DNA from: Chrysemys picta bellii
Taxonomy: Eukaryota
NCBI RefSeq assembly: GCF_011386835.1
Contig: NC_088794.1
Location: 4,774,001 to 4,838,000, forward strand
DNA length: 64,000 bases
Reading direction: 5' to 3'
In this document: in pieces, positions 36,778 to 50,541 of the stretch
How positions within the stretch are numbered: the first letter of the stretch is position 1
How the letters are laid out: each line of letters opens with the position of its first letter
Position numbers and translations under genes: made by a program
The notes under the pieces: generated by a model
Told to the model about the DNA's origin: nothing
Database searches by the model: none
Seen by the model: the letters and a program-made list of their open reading frames with translations, nothing else

Positions 36778-37659
36778 ATGAGTTACACCAAGGGTGGCTT
36801 TGGTTCATTGAGCACATTAATTAGGTGCTGTTTCTCTCTGAGCTCAGGAATTCCCAGTTGCTTCAGGAATCATGTCCCATAGATCACAAATCTCAGTATA
36901 AAATTTCCAAATGCTCCAAACTGGCAGTTTCTATCGATGAGGAAACACCAGCACATCCCTCTCTCTCTTCTCAGCAGGTACGTGCGATTGTCCTGAATTA
37001 CAGTCACACACAAACATCCAGACATCATGGTGATCAGCAGGTATTGAATTCAGGACCTCCACACTAGAAGCCTCAACCCCAACTCCTACCCCTTCAGCTA
37101 AAGGAGCGACCTCCTTGCTTGGAAAAAATAGCCAATTACATAGTCACTGAAGCCAGTACTTTCCATTATGTCTCTGAGTTTTCATACAGGCTAAAGTAAA
37201 TGCCAGAAAGCTTAATTAGCACAGTAAGCAAGACTTACCCCAACCCGGCATGCCAAGCCACAGAGTTCCCCTTGCCCAAAGAGGGTAGAAAGATTGACAC
37301 TTCTTTACTCTCACCCCTTCTTTAGCTAAGGAATAATCTCTTCAGACTGATTCTCTCACAGCAGAGTCACAAGTCACTGTTTGCTGTTCGGATTAGTGAA
37401 CAGGAGTGTTTGTGTGTGCGGCATGATTAACCTGTGTGTCATTGTATTTGCACAGCATGTGCATTTTATCGAACACCTGGAATGACCAGCTGTGAACATC
37501 TGGCTCTGTGGACTAAGCCCTTCCCTGATCAGATATTGATGTCCATTCAGAAACTGATCTCCATTTATCGTCACTTACTTCACTTCAGAGAAGGAACAGG
37601 TTTTCCGCACCATCCACCTGCCCACATCTCTGTAGCTGCCTGTTTTCTGTTCAGAGGAG

Positions 37660-38598
37660 ATGGAAAAGGGAAATCACTCGGAGGTGACTGAGTTCATTCT
37701 CTCAGGACTGACAGATCATCCGGAGCTGCAGGTTCCACTGTTTGGGGTGTTCCTACTGATTTATGGTATCACCCTGGTGGGGAATGGGGGGATGATCTTG
37801 TTAATCACCATTGATCCCCGACTCCACACCCCCATGTACTTTTTCCTCAGTAATTTGTCTTTCTGTGACCTCTGCTTTTCCTCGATAATTTCCCCTAAGA
37901 TGCTGCTGAATTTCTTAGTCGAGAGGAAAAGCATTTCTTACACTGCCTGCGCTGTGCAAATGAATCTCTCTGTTGTTTTTACAGATGTTGAGTGCCTGTT
38001 GCTGGCTGTGATGGCGTATGACCGTTATGTGGCCATCTGTAACCCGCTGCTCTATACGGTCACCATGTCCAGGCAGCTTTGTAACCAGCTGGTGGCTTTG
38101 GTTTATGCTGGGGGGTTGGTGGATTCAATGATAAATACGTTTTTTATATTTCGGCTGTCGTTCTGCAACTCCAACATCATCAATCATTTCTTCTGTGACA
38201 TCCCCCCACTGCTGGCACTCTCCTGTTCTGACACCCGCAACAACGAGATTGTGGTCTTTGCTTTTACAAGCTGCATTACAGTGAGCAGCTTTGTGACTGT
38301 CCTCCTCTCCTATGTCTATATCACCTCCACCATCCTGCAGATCCGCTCCGCCGAGGGCCGGCGCAAAGCCTTCTCCACCTGCTCTTTCCACTTGACTGCT
38401 GTGGCCCTGTATTTTGGCACCCTCCTCTTCATGTATTTACGTCCCACCTCCAGCTATTCCATGGACACAGACAAAGTGGCCTCAGTGTTTTACACGCTGG
38501 TGATCCCCATGTTGAACCCCCTCATCTACAGCCTGAGGAACACGGAGGTGAAGGATGCCCTGAGGAAAGCAATGAATAAACTCCTAACCAATTCTTGA
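37660..38598 (+). CDS. Olfactory receptor, family-5-like, intact (312 aa), cassette A
   Basis: [54 protein letters not shown]. Confidence 0.97.
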   Translation: MEKGNHSEVTEFILSGLTDHPELQVPLFGVFLLIYGITLVGNGGMILLITIDPRLHTPMYFFLSNLSFCDLCFSSIISPKMLLNFLVERKSISYTACAVQMNLSVVFTDVECLLLAVMAYDRYVAICNPLLYTVTMSRQLCNQLVALVYAGGLVDSMINTFFIFRLSFCNSNIINHFFCDIPPLLALSCSDTRNNEIVVFAFTSCITVSSFVTVLLSYVYITSTILQIRSAEGRRKAFSTCSFHLTAVALYFGTLLFMYLRPTSSYSMDTDKVASVFYTLVIPMLNPLIYSLRNTEVKDALRKAMNKLLTNS

Positions 38599-38994
38599 AT
38601 CTGTCTATCTATTTTCTCGTTTAGTGGTGGGGTGTGGCAACAGGTGAATTCAATTCCCAGCCCATTGCAATGTAATTTCTCAGAGCCCGTGGTCGTATTG
38701 TTCATTATTGTATTGTAATTATTATTAATTTGTTTGGATTCCAGCAAGGTCTGCAGGTCCCAACTGAGATCAGTGGACAAAACACTGGAAGCATCAGAGG
38801 GCCAGAGAGAGAGAATGATTCTATAGGCTGGGGGCTTTGGGCTCAACTTCACATCACTGTTCCAATTGTTATTGAATTAGTTATCGACAGTAGAACAACT
38901 TTGAAAGGAGAGATTGAGACCAACCCAGACTGGAATAACACATCACTCAGGGGCTGGGATGCTGTCTGGAAATGCAGGAAATACAAGTGCATAG

Positions 38995-40160
38995 TGTGAC
39001 AGGTTCGGTCACAAAGACCCCCGTTGGGACTGTCACCTGATGTGCTGAAATTACTTCTGATCCTGTTTTCCCTGCCACCCTGGACCTCCAGAACCCTGCC
39101 TTGTTGAGACAGACACACTAGCCTGCTGCAACACAGACCCAGGGTCTGGGCCATGGCCGGAAAGCTGCAGATCTAGACTGAAACCAGCTCAGCAGGATAC
39201 GTGTCTCCAGCACGGTGACACCCAGCTCCCAATGGGATCCAAACCCCAAATAAATCCATTTTGCTCTGTATAAAGCTTATATAGAGTAAAATGATAAATG
39301 TATAATGCCCTCTATATCACTGCAAGAGAGCTATGCACAACTGTTTGCCCACCAAGGTAACAATTACTTACACTGAGTTTATAAATAAATAAAAGTGATT
39401 TTATTAAAGTATAAAAAGTAGGATTTAAGTGGTTTTAAGTAGTAACGGACACAACAAAGTCACAAAGCAAAAAAAAAAAAAAAAGAAGGCTAAGCTTAAT
39501 ACACTCAGAAATCAGTTACAAATGTTAACTTCTCACCCCAATTGCTACTTCAGGTAAAATCTTTCTCAGGTCAGATGCCTTTTCTGACCTGGGTCCAGCC
39601 AGTTCTCACCCACCCCAGTGGTTACAATCCTTTTATTTCCAGGAGCTTGCAGGTATCTCTGTGGGGTGGGGAGGCCGTCTCTTCAGCCAGCTGAAGACAC
39701 TCATTGTTTGCTTCTCCCACTTTATATAGAACTTCCCTAAGGTGGAAAACCTTTGTTTGGAATTCTCCCCCCGTCTGGAAAAGTAGCAGCTTCAAGATGG
39801 ATTTCAGTATCAGGTGACATGGTCACTTGTCACTGTAAGACCGCAGTCTCCATTCTTCCTCAGTTGGCCCACATGTACACAGGAAGGCTTGCAGGTAAAC
39901 AGAGCCATTCACAGTTCAGTGATTCTGAAGCACCTTTAATGGCCTCCACTTAATACGTCTCCATCAGTAATACAAGTTTATATTTTATTCTCCTAACTCC
40001 AGACATAGAAATAGTCCATGCAAACAAATGGGATGATCACACTTAGTAGATTATAACCTTTATAATGGTATGTTACATGGGGCACTTAGCATAAATCATA
40101 TTCCAATTATGTCATATTCAGAAGCATATTTTCATAAAGCATGTGGAATACAGTGTCACA
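38995..40160 (-). mobile_element. Gypsy solo LTR, 1166 bp
   Basis: TGTGACA...TGTCACA termini with a perfect 5-bp TSD CATAG (38990-38994 / 40161-40165). Related to the LTR at 61602-62753. Confidence 0.92.
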
Positions 40161-40538
40161 CATAGCTTTGCCCGCCACTGGACAGAAGGGGGAATTGAAC
40201 CCTGATCTCCCACCTCACAGGTGAAGACCCCAACTATTGGGCTAAAAATTACAAAGGGAAGGACCATCACCACCTCTTACGGTGACCGTCTTGCGACCAA
40301 CATCTAAATCCTCCCCCTGCACACACACATTGTTTTGGGACAAAGCTATTAGCAGTATTTCTAACGTATTTGTGAGTAGTTTCAGGTCAGTCCAAACGGT
40401 ATTGTTTTTGACAAGAAATTATTAGTCCAGAAGAAATTCACCCATTTCTAGACACCTTTGTGTCCCAATGCTGGGAAATACTTAAGGAGACATTTGGAGA
40501 GGTGACCAACAAATAAAGGCTGTGACTCATACATTTAT

Positions 40539-43500
40539 TTAGCACTGAGTGGGTCCTAAACACTCATTTAAAATACCCATCATCAACAACTCGATGTTTT
40601 ACTTCCCTTCATATTTTCACTGTTGTCACTTATTTGTTTGTGGATTTGTTTTTCTATCTGTGTCGCTTCATTACTTATTTTTACTGTTCTTTGTGTGTGA
40701 AGTATTAATCAAATTAAGAGCTGACATTCCAGAGAAACTGTATAATCCCGAGTGAATGCCTTTTACTCTCCTTTCCAGTATCAGAAACTATTGTATTAAT
40801 ATTGGCAGTGAGAGGATTTCTAGTTGACGCAGACATTTATTTAGCATCTTAAAGCTGAGCTCTGTGTGCAGATAATATGTATGCAAGGGGGATAATTTTG
40901 TGAAGTCCGTAGCATGCTAGTGTTCTCGCAGATACTTTTTTTTTTGAGAGCAGTTTCCCCTGAAGATATTGTGGTCTATGGCAGGAGTAGGTTATTTAAT
41001 TGGGTCTCTGGTGTATATTTGTATGCTTTCACTTAATGACCATAATGACTTTGTTTTATTTATATACCTGTTTTCAATACACCACATTTTGCTGCATTTA
41101 CTAGCTTGAGTTGTTAGAAAGGATGATAAAATACATGTACTCCAAGGGCAGTGTTGATTTTCTTTTCATATTAAATAAGCATCTTAAAACAAGGGATAGT
41201 TAACAAGATGCACTGCTTAACATTCTTTTTTCTTCTTCCTCCATACCTATGAACATTTCAAAATATACATTATATCTAGGTTTAGTATGCACAATAAATG
41301 GCCGCAATATTGGTGCTGCACATAACAAGATTCAATCTGCATATGCATGGAAAAAATTAGAGGGAACACTGGTCATTTCCAGCTTTACAGAGAAGCACCA
41401 AATTAACAATGGAGGGCAGATGGCTGTGGTCTCCTCCTGAGCTCCTCTGGTCATCATGTGGTCTCCATCGAGCACAATGCGTGAACCTATCCTTCCTACT
41501 TTGGGGAGTAACCTAGCAAGGTAAGGACATAGAATACCATGGTGATTGGCGTGCGATAGATAGATAGATGGATAGATAGATAGATGATCTGCAGTACTCT
41601 TACAGGTCTTACAGGTCTTACATTCCACCTATTGGGGGCAGAACAATGAGGTGATTCTGAAACAATTAGTATGTTTCAGCTATATCTAACTTTCTGTTCC
41701 TTTGCTTCCAAACTTGTTTCTCGGGTTGATTGAAAATTTAACTAGAGAAGGTTTTTGGATGGGAAATTGGATTTTCCATTCAACAATTTTTCTCGTGAAA
41801 TTATCTTTTCCCTGGAAATTATCAGATTTCCATCAAAAAAGCCAAACTCCCCTCCTCTCCAAACCATGGCTGTGGGACTCTGGTGACCATCATGCATCAT
41901 GGGGGATATAGTCCAGCCTGGAAGCCTGGCCCATGCAAGAGATTGGTGGTGTGTGGTATTGGATGCAACCCAGTGGTATTTCCAAGCCGAAATGTTAAGT
42001 TTTCAGCCAAAAGCTTTCAGTCTCCACAAACAAATCCCCTTTGTAGATCAGCTCTACGTAGTTCCCAACTGAAAACAGAAGGATGAAATCTACCCCTAAC
42101 CTCATACTCCGTAACTCTGGTAGAAATTGCATCATTTAATAACACAGTTGGAAAGAGTGGGCCAAATTAATCCCCGGGGCATGAGTTACACCAAGGGTGG
42201 CTTTAGTTCACTGAGCACATTAATTAGGTTCTGTTTCTCTCTGAGCTCAGGAATTCCCAGTTGCTTCAGGGATCATGTCCCATAGATCACAAATCTCAGT
42301 ATAAAACTTCCCGAATGCGACAAACTGGCAGTTTCTGTCGATGAGGAAACACCAACACATCTCTCTCTCTCTTCTAAGCAGGTACGTGCAATTATCCAGT
42401 ATCAGAGTCACACAAACACGCAGACATTTGGTGATCAGCAGGTATTGAATTCATGACCTCTAGCACTAAAAACCTCAGCCCCAACTCCTACCACTTCAGC
42501 TAAAGGAGCGACCTCCTGGGTTGGAAAAAATAGGCAATTACATAGTCACTGAAGCCAGTGCTTTCCATTATGTCTCTGGGTTTTCATACAGGCTAAAGTA
42601 AATGCCAAAAATCTTAATTAGCACAGTAAGGAAGTGTTACCCCAAACCAACATGCCAAGCCACAGAGCTCACCCTGCCCAAAGAGGGTAGAAAGATTGAC
42701 ACTCCTTTGATCTCACCCCTTCTCTAGCTAAAAAATAATCTCTTCAGAGTGAGATGATTTTCACCCTGATACTCATACAGCAGAGACAGAAGTCACATCT
42801 TGCTGCTCGGATTAGTAAACAGGAGTGTTAGTGTGTGGGGAATGATTAACCTGTGTGTCATTGTATTTATGCAGTGTGTATTTTATTGAACAACTGGAAT
42901 GAGCATCAGGGAACATCTGGCTCTGTGGATTAAGCCCTTCCCTGAGTGGGTACCCATGTCCATTAAGAAACTGATCTCCATTTATCATCACTTCACTACA
43001 GAGAAGAGACAGGTTTTCCACACCATCCACCTGCCCACATCTCTGTAGCTGTCTGAGCTCTGTTCAGAGGAGATGGAAAAGGGAAATCACTCGGAAGCGA
43101 CTGAGTTCATTCTCTCAGGACTGACAGATCGTCCGGAGCTGCAGGTTCCCCTGTTTGTGCTGTTCCTACTGATTTATGGTATCACCCTGGTGGGGAATGG
43201 GGGGATGATCTTGTTAATAACGATAGATCCCCGACTGCACACCCCCATGTACTTTTTCCTCAGTAATTTGTCTTTCTGTGACCTCTGCTATTCCTCGATA
43301 ATTTCCCCTAAGATGTTGCTGAATTTCTTAGCTGAGAAGAAAAGCATTTCTTACACTGCCTGCACTGTGCAAATGTATCTCTTTGTCTCTTTTGCAGATG
43401 TTGAGTGCCTGTTGCTGGCTGTGATGGCATATGACCGTTATGTGGCCATCTGTAAGCCACTGCTCTACACGTTCACCATGTCCAGGCAGCTTTGTAAAGG

Positions 43501-46175
43501 GCTGGTGGCTGGGGTATATGCTGTGGGCGTGGTAGATTCAATGATACACATGTTTTGTACACTTCGTTTGTCATTCTGTAGCTCCAACATCATCAATCAT
43601 TTCTTCTGTGACATCCCCCAATTGCTGGTGCTTTCCTGCTCTGACACCCGCATCAATGAGATTGTGATGTTTGCCTTCATTGGCTGTATTGTAGTGAGCA
43701 GCTTTGTGACTGTCCTCCTCTCCTATGTCTATATCATCTCCACCATCCTGCAGATCCGCTCTGCCGAGGGTCGACACAAAGCCTTCTCCACCTGCACTTT
43801 CCACTTGATCGCTGTGGTCCTGTTTTATGGCATCCAACTTTTCATGTATTTACGTCCCACCTCCAGCTATTCCATGGACACAGATAAAGTGGCCTCAGTG
43901 TTTTACACGCTGGTGATCCCCATGTTGAATCCCCTCATTTACAGCCTGAGGAACACGGAGGTGAAGAACGCCCTGAGGAAAGCAGTGAATAAACTCCTAA
44001 CCAATTCCTGAAACTGTTTAACTTAGTGATGGGGAGTGGAAACAGGTGAATTCAATTCCCAGCCCATTGCAATGTAATTTCACAGAACCCGTAATAGTAT
44101 TGTTCATTAATGTATTCTTTTTATTATTAGTTTGTTTGTATTCCAACAAGGCCTGCAGGCCCCAACTAAGATCGGGGCTTTATTGGCGTATTGCCCCAGC
44201 AAAATTCCAGGGGGCACCTGTTGCACATGTGTGAATATCTGTGATATGCTTTGAAAGCACAGAGCTATTTGTAGTGGGAAAGAAGAGGGGGGGCATCAAA
44301 TCTATCTCCCTCTGCTTTGTCGTGGGTTTGGTTTCGTTATGCAGTTGCAAGTATGAAGTGTGGGATTTCTATGGCTGAACCAAAGGGAGCTTGCACACCC
44401 TCCTGATACTCTGCAGCCCTTTATTTCCCCTATGGGGTTGTTGTAGAGATTGTCACCTGGTTTGTATCCATGCACGTGGAGGAGAAAGGTGATTTCCATC
44501 ACAATGGCCTTTATTTTAAGTTAAGGGACCAACAAAACAAATAAAAGCATGGTGTGTGTGCATCCTCTGTGAGAATCTGCACTGAACTGAATACAAAATA
44601 ATATGGAGAGGGTGAGTTTTCTCTACCATATAAATTAAACAGAAAGAAAAAGTCATATCAGACACTAGATGTTTATACCACATCATCAGGTTAGCTGTGA
44701 GTTCTTACTCTTATTTCTGTTGGAAAGTGTTATGGACTCTGAAGAATAGGGGTTATGGGAATTGTACAGCTCGGATTACTGTGAGTGAAAAATGGATAGA
44801 GCTGGGTCAATAGCTGATTTTCGAGTTCATGGGTGGTTACAAAAAATTGAAAAACAAATTCAGTTCAATCTGAACCAAATCTGAAAATTCCCTAAATGTT
44901 TGGCAAACTGGAAAACATTGACAAAAACTGCCTGTGGGATCGAAGGAAATATTTAGCATGACCAGAAATGGAACATTTCCTTTCCTCCCTGGATACTTTC
45001 CGATGTGAAAGCAGAGATAATATAGGGCCAAACTGACAAAATGGATGGAAGAGGCGGTAATGGCGCTGTTTCCCTTGTAGACTTTAACCCAGTGATTAGA
45101 TCTCTCCCGCGGGATGTGGGAGATCCAGGTCAATCCCACCTCTGTCTGATGGGGAGACGCAATTTGAAAGTGGGTCTCCCACATTGCCGTCAATGCCCTG
45201 GCGACTCGGTTCTATTCTGTCCTGCATCGTTCTCAGGACTGCTCTATGCTACTGCAGTAAGTTGATCTCAGTTACGCTACTTCAAGTTGACTAAGTTGGT
45301 CTGACTTACAGCGGTGTCCACACCGTGCTATGTCACCGGGAGAGTTATGTAACTGAAGTAGTGTAACATAGATCAGCCGACAGCGTTAGTGTAGCCCGGC
45401 TCTGAGGAAGATCCATAATGGAACATAGTCTCTGAGAGAGGTGGAGTACAGACTTCTGCAGGTGAGACCTCTCCCATTGACTTAACATGTCTTCCCCAGA
45501 CCTACTCGATCAACACCATTTCATCTATCGCAGTAGTCCCGATTTAGCCAGTAGCATAGATATGGCCTCATTCTCTCCCATTGAAGCGGTTGCACTTTGG
45601 ATAAAACACAGGAAGAATCACAGGGCCAGAAAGAGAGAATAATTCTATAGACTGGTAGTTTGGGGCACTGACATGCTCAACTTCATGTCTCTGTTCCAAG
45701 GGTTATTTAATTTGTTATCCACCGTAGAACAACTTTGAAAGGAGAGATCGAGAGGAACCCAGATTGGAATAGCACACCACTCAGTGGCTGGGATGCTTTC
45801 TGGAAATACAGGAAACCCAAGTGCACATCTTTGCCCGGCACTTGACAGAAGGGGGAATTGAACCAGGATCTCCCACCTCACAGGTGAACACCCCAACTAT
45901 TGAGCTAAAAATTACAAAGAGAGGCAGCATCACCACCTCCTACCCGTGGCTGCTTTGCGACCCTCACCTAAATCCTCCCCCCGCACACATGCATTGTTTT
46001 GGGAAAAGGCTATTGGGAGACTTTGTAACACATTTGTGAAGAGTTTCAGGTCAATTTCAACTGCACTGTTTTTCACAATAAATTATTAGTCCAAAAGAAA
46101 TTTACCCATTTCTACACACTTTTGTGTCCCAATGCTGGGAAATTACTTAAAGAGACTTTTGGAGAGGTGACCGAC
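40539..46175 (+). repeat. Tandem OR cassette B
   Basis: Paralog of cassette A. Lacks the LTR (empty site AAGTG-CACAT-CTTTGCCC at ~45820) and has an extra ~1.4 kb at 44174-45597. Confidence 0.9.
43073..44011 (+). CDS. Olfactory receptor, family-5-like, intact (312 aa), cassette B
   Basis: All canonical OR motifs, full-length. Confidence 0.97.
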   Translation: MEKGNHSEATEFILSGLTDRPELQVPLFVLFLLIYGITLVGNGGMILLITIDPRLHTPMYFFLSNLSFCDLCYSSIISPKMLLNFLAEKKSISYTACTVQMYLFVSFADVECLLLAVMAYDRYVAICKPLLYTFTMSRQLCKGLVAGVYAVGVVDSMIHMFCTLRLSFCSSNIINHFFCDIPQLLVLSCSDTRINEIVMFAFIGCIVVSSFVTVLLSYVYIISTILQIRSAEGRHKAFSTCTFHLIAVVLFYGIQLFMYLRPTSSYSMDTDKVASVFYTLVIPMLNPLIYSLRNTEVKNALRKAVNKLLTNS

Positions 46176-46503
46176 ACATGAAGTGGAATACATTTACCTC
46201 CGTTTTGTATCATATTCAAAAGACCTCATGGGCGAGACCGTGATCCAGACCAGCTGCTGCTCTGGCCCTCTGTGTTCCATTCCCACAAGGAGAGACACAG
46301 TACTAACATTAATTGCATGTGCTGTGCACACCTGTTGACCTGGGAGCAAAGATGCTCCAGGGAACAAATCTCAAAGTCATCCCAGGAAGCAGTTCCAACC
46401 GTATTTAGGGTAATGTGGGTGGGGTTAGCAAACAGGGAAAGATTGAACTCTTAGTCTGATTTTACGGTTCTGAGCAGGTACTGCTTCCGTCCTCAACTAA
46501 TTA

Positions 46504-49049
46504 CACTGGTCTACAATTCTTGAGAACTTGTCTGCTTCAGAGATAAAGTGTACTATTTATTATGTATTTTGATGTGCTGAATTCAAATATGACAATTAAA
46601 ACAATTGATTGGCTACTGTTTCTAAGATATTTAAGTTTTTACATTTTATGTCTATGTATATTGTGTAGATAGTAGAGTTTTAATCATAAATTGTAAACCT
46701 AGGTCTTTTCATGTGTTTATGGATGCTTTACATGATAATATTTCACCTGTCCTGTTTATGTAACACTTTAAAAATCAGCAAAAGGGTTATATATAAATAA
46801 AATTTATTATGAAACAAAAGGCAAAAAACTATTATGTACATAGTTTAGTCCTATTCAGTGTCCACTTGGCGCTTCTTGGCTTGTCTCTTGTATTCATTAA
46901 ATGGAGCATCTCTTGTCACTGTCCAGCAATCGTCTGCAAGCATTGATGGGCTCCATTTGCACAGATAGCATTTCTCCATTGTTGCAATGTCCTGGTGAAA
47001 TCGCTCACCGTGCTCGTCGCTCACTGCTCCGCTGTTCGGTGGAAAAAAATCTAGATGAAAGTGCAAAAAATGTATCTTTAGTGACATGTTGCAACCAAGG
47101 CTTTTGTACGCCTTGAGGAGGTTTTCCACCAACAACCTGTAGTTGTCTGCCTTGTTGTTTCCGAGAAAATTTATTGCCACTAACTGGAAGGCTTTCCATG
47201 CCATCTTTTCCTTGCCACACAGTGCATGGTCAAATGCTTCATCTCAAAGAAGGTCACGAATCTGAGGACTAACAAAGACACCTTAGTTTATCTTAGCTTC
47301 ACTTAACCTTGAAAATTTTCCACGGAGGTACTTGAATGCTGCTTCTGTTTTGTCAATGGCCTTGACAAAGTTCTTCATCAGACCCAGCTTGATGTGTAAG
47401 GGTGGTAACAAAATCTTCCTTGACTCAACAAGTGGTGGATGCTGAACACTTTTCCTCCCAGGCTCCAATGATTGCCGGAGTGGCCAATCTTTCTTGATGT
47501 AGTGGGAATCTCTTGCACGACTATCCCATTCGCAGAGAAAACAGCAGTACTTTGTGTATCCAGTCTGCAGACCAAGCAAGAGAGCAACAACCTTCAAATG
47601 GCCACAAAGGTGCCACTGATGTTGGTCATAGTTTATGCACCTCAAAAGTTGTTTCATGTTGTCATAGGTTTCCTTCATATGGACTGCATGACCAACTGGA
47701 ATTGACGGCAAAACATTGCCATTATGCAGTAAAACAGCTTTAAGACTTGTCTTCGATGAATCAATGAACAGTCTCCACTCATCTGGATCGTGAACGATGT
47801 TGAGGGCTGCCATCACACCATCGATGTTGTTGCAGGCTACAAGATCATCTTCCATGAAGAAGAATGAGACAAGATCCTTTTGACGGTCACGGAACATGGA
47901 AACCCTAACATCACCTGCCAGGAGATTCCACTGCTGTAGTCTGGAGCCCAACAGCTCTGCCTTACTCTCGGGTAGTTCCAAATCCCTGACAAGGTCATTC
48001 AGTTCACCTTGTGTTATGAGGTGTGCTTCAGAGGAGGAGGATGGGAGAAAATGTGGGTCCTGTGACATTGATGGTTCAGGACCAGAAGTTTCATCCTCTT
48101 CCTTGTCTGACTCAAGTGAGAATGATTCTGGTGTATCAGGAACTGGCAGTCCTTCTCTGTGGGGTACTGGGCGTATAGCTGATGGAATGTTTGGATAATG
48201 CACAGTCCACTTTTTCTTCTTTGACACACCTTTCCCAACTGGAGGCACCATGCAGAAATAACAATTGCTGGTATGATCTGTTGGCTCTCTCCAAATCATT
48301 GGCACTGCAAAAGGCATAGATTTCCTTTTCCTGTTCAACCACTGGCGAAGATTTGTTGCACAAGTGTTGCAGCATATGTGTGGGGCCCACCTCTTGTCCT
48401 GATCTCCAATTTTGCAGCCAAAATAAAGGTGATAGGCTTTCTTAACCATAGTGGTTATACTGCGCTTTTGTGATGCAAAAGTCACTTCACCACAAACATA
48501 GCAGAAGTTATCTGCACTGTTCACTCAAGTACGAGGCATCTCTGCTCACTTTGGCTAAACAAAAATGTGTCCCTTTGCAAAATCAAACACTGACAAATAA
48601 GACAGCACGACACTGTATGATTTCTAGCGCTGATATAGGGCAATTTGTTCAGCAGAGTGATGTAAGCTTCGTTATGATTGCATCATCCATGACTTCTAGG
48701 AATAACATGATGCAATTCATATCATGTATGACGCAATACCAGCTTCAGATTGCATCATTCATTGTTTTGCCTAAAAATCAAGTACTGTCCAAACCCAGTC
48801 ATAGATTTATTCATAGATCCAGTCAAAGATGTATTTTAGTCATTTCTGGTTTAAATTGAGATCCCTACCCTTTATAACTCACTTATCCTCGGTCATTCCC
48901 AAGTCAAGGGTGGTCTATACTGACCCAATAGCATATCTTGAAAACTAGAGCCAATCAACAATTTTAAGCATCATTTTTGTTCTCAGTGACCCAGAATTAG
49001 AAGAGTTTGACTACATTTATTTCAGAAGCATTTTGGCTGTAGAGCAGTG
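46504..49049 (-). mobile_element. Full-length Chapaev3-type (CMC superfamily) DNA transposon, 2546 bp
   Basis: Termini CACTGGTCTAC / GTAGAGCAGTG (10/11 inverted), flanks TTA / TTG (TWA-type 3-bp TSD with one mismatch), and an internal transposase. Confidence 0.85.
46851..48539 (-). pseudogene. Chapaev3-type transposase, ~562 codons with 3 premature stops and no frameshift
   Basis: MPRT*VNSADNFCYVCGE...WAPHICCNTC...WREPTDHTSNCYFC (Chapa zinc finger), FIDSSKTSLKAVLLHNGN, LPPLHIKLGLMKNFVKA, KIN*GVFVSPQIRDLL*, LHFHLDFFP..GAVSDEHGERFHQDI. The two ORF-track ORFs are in the same frame. Confidence 0.9.
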
Positions 49050-49208
49050 TTGTAAGTGAAGGGAGGAAAAACAAAGAGGTATGTGTGTGCATGTGGAGGG
49101 GGGTACAGTGGAGCTGAATGTCAAGTGTAGGCAGGTTTGTGTCTCTTGCCCTACCCAGTGCTCAGACAAGCATCCCCCCTCCTCCCAGTGCAGGGCTCCT
49201 TCTGAGAC

Positions 49209-49472
49209 CATAGATAAATAGGACTGGAGGGGACCTTGAGAGGTCATCTATTCCAGTCCTCTGTGCTCATGGCAGGACTAAGTATTACCTAGATCATCCC
49301 TGACAGGTGTTTGTCTAACCTGGTGTTAAAAATCTCCAACAGTGGAGATTCCACAACCTTCCTGGACAAGTTATTCCAGTGCTTAACCAACCTCGCTCTT
49401 GGGATGTTTTTCCTAATGTCCAACCTAAAGCACCCTTGCTGCAATTGAAGTCCATCAGTTCTTGTCCTATCC
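49209..49472 (-). mobile_element. CR1 LINE 3' fragment
   Basis: Minus ORF ..GCFRLDIRKNIPRARLVKHWNNLSRKVVESPLLEIFNTRLDKHLSGMI*. Confidence 0.9.
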
Positions 49473-49582
49473 TTTCCCCCCATCCCCGCCCCCATTGCTT
49501 TGCAGTTTTACTCCTAAACTCTGTTTGAAGGACTATAAATTCTAGGAAATAAATAAAATTAACAAAAGAATTGGGAGGGAGC

Positions 49583-50524
49583 TGTGACATACCAGGGTCC
49601 AACCCAGACTAAGCAACAGCTGTGTCACCTGCAACCTTGCAATGCCTTGCTGAAGTGGCTTCCAGCTGGTCCACAAACAAACAAATCACACCCTGAGCAT
49701 GTGTGTGTAACCGCAGCCTGGCCAGGAATAGCTGAGTTACACTCAGGCTCTCACCACCCTTGGTTATACTGCAGAGTGACCCCAACACACTCCCCAGTCT
49801 TCGATTTCCCTCCCGAAATCTACGTCCTGTGCTGCCCAGTCCTCTCCTGGACAATACAAATTACATTGTCCATTATTTCTTTAGTAGCACTAATATGCAT
49901 GCAACTTAGTTTCTCAGACACTTCTACTTAAACACACTGGATTCGATAAAACAACCCCCTCCTACCAAAAGTTTATTGACTACAAAGATAGATTTTAAGT
50001 GAGTGCAAATAAGGAGGCACAGAAGTCAGACATGGTTACAAAAAGAAAATAAAGCTACAATGCAACTTGTGCCTAAGTTAACAAATAAGGTGAAATTCAA
50101 AGCAAAAGTTTCCTCACCACATGCTTTCAGCCGTCTTACTGACCAAACTACTTAGGTCAGGACCCCTCTCACAGTCCAATGGCTGCTTCCTTTATCCCTT
50201 CAGATGCGGTGAATCAGTGGGTAGAGGCAGAGATAGAGAGAGAGAGTGAGCGCTGCTTTCGGATGTTTGCCCCTTCTTTTTATAGTCCTATCTCTGCTTT
50301 GAGAAACATTTTCACCTGGTTACCAGAAGACAAAAGCTCTATGTAGAAGGATGTTCCCTGCTGCTTTTTCCTCACCTTTTTGGTCTTCCTTTGTTTCCCT
50401 TCCTGCTTGATGACTCTGGTTACTCTTTAGATAGAAAATTAAGCAGCGCACACATTTCTTTGTTTAAGAGACCAGTTTGCCAGCCTGAGTTTGGAACATG
50501 TATTAATAACCTGATACAGTGTCA
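49583..50524. mobile_element. Probable solo LTR (Gypsy-type)
   Basis: Starts TGTGACATACC and ends ...CAGTGTCA. Shares ~320 bp with 32498-32820. No TSD seen. Confidence 0.6.
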
Positions 50525-50541
50525 TCTTATAACTTCACACA

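Larger units (their letters stand above)
35076..40520 (+). repeat. Tandem OR cassette A
   Basis: Colinear with 40539-46175 from TTAGCACTG..GGGTCCTAAACACTC to GGAGAGGTGACC. Confidence 0.9.

Noticed and set aside
35804-41628. Minus-strand peptides with TTAICPPLL and VFYVLTLLG resembling OR motifs (35804-36001, 41332-41628)
   Set aside because: The motifs are in different frames with wrong spacing (~100 nt instead of ~250), and the adjacent sequence CCAGTGTTCCCTCTAATTTTT looks like a MITE end.
5812-43837. Antisense ORFs overlapping ORs (5812-6138, 20545-21113, 38125-38391, 43571-43837)
   Set aside because: They are expected by-products of OR codon usage, with no independent coding signal.
46851-48524. 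Domesticated or active transposase gene
   Set aside because: There are three in-frame stops, and the TIRs and TSD are still present, so it is a dead TE copy.
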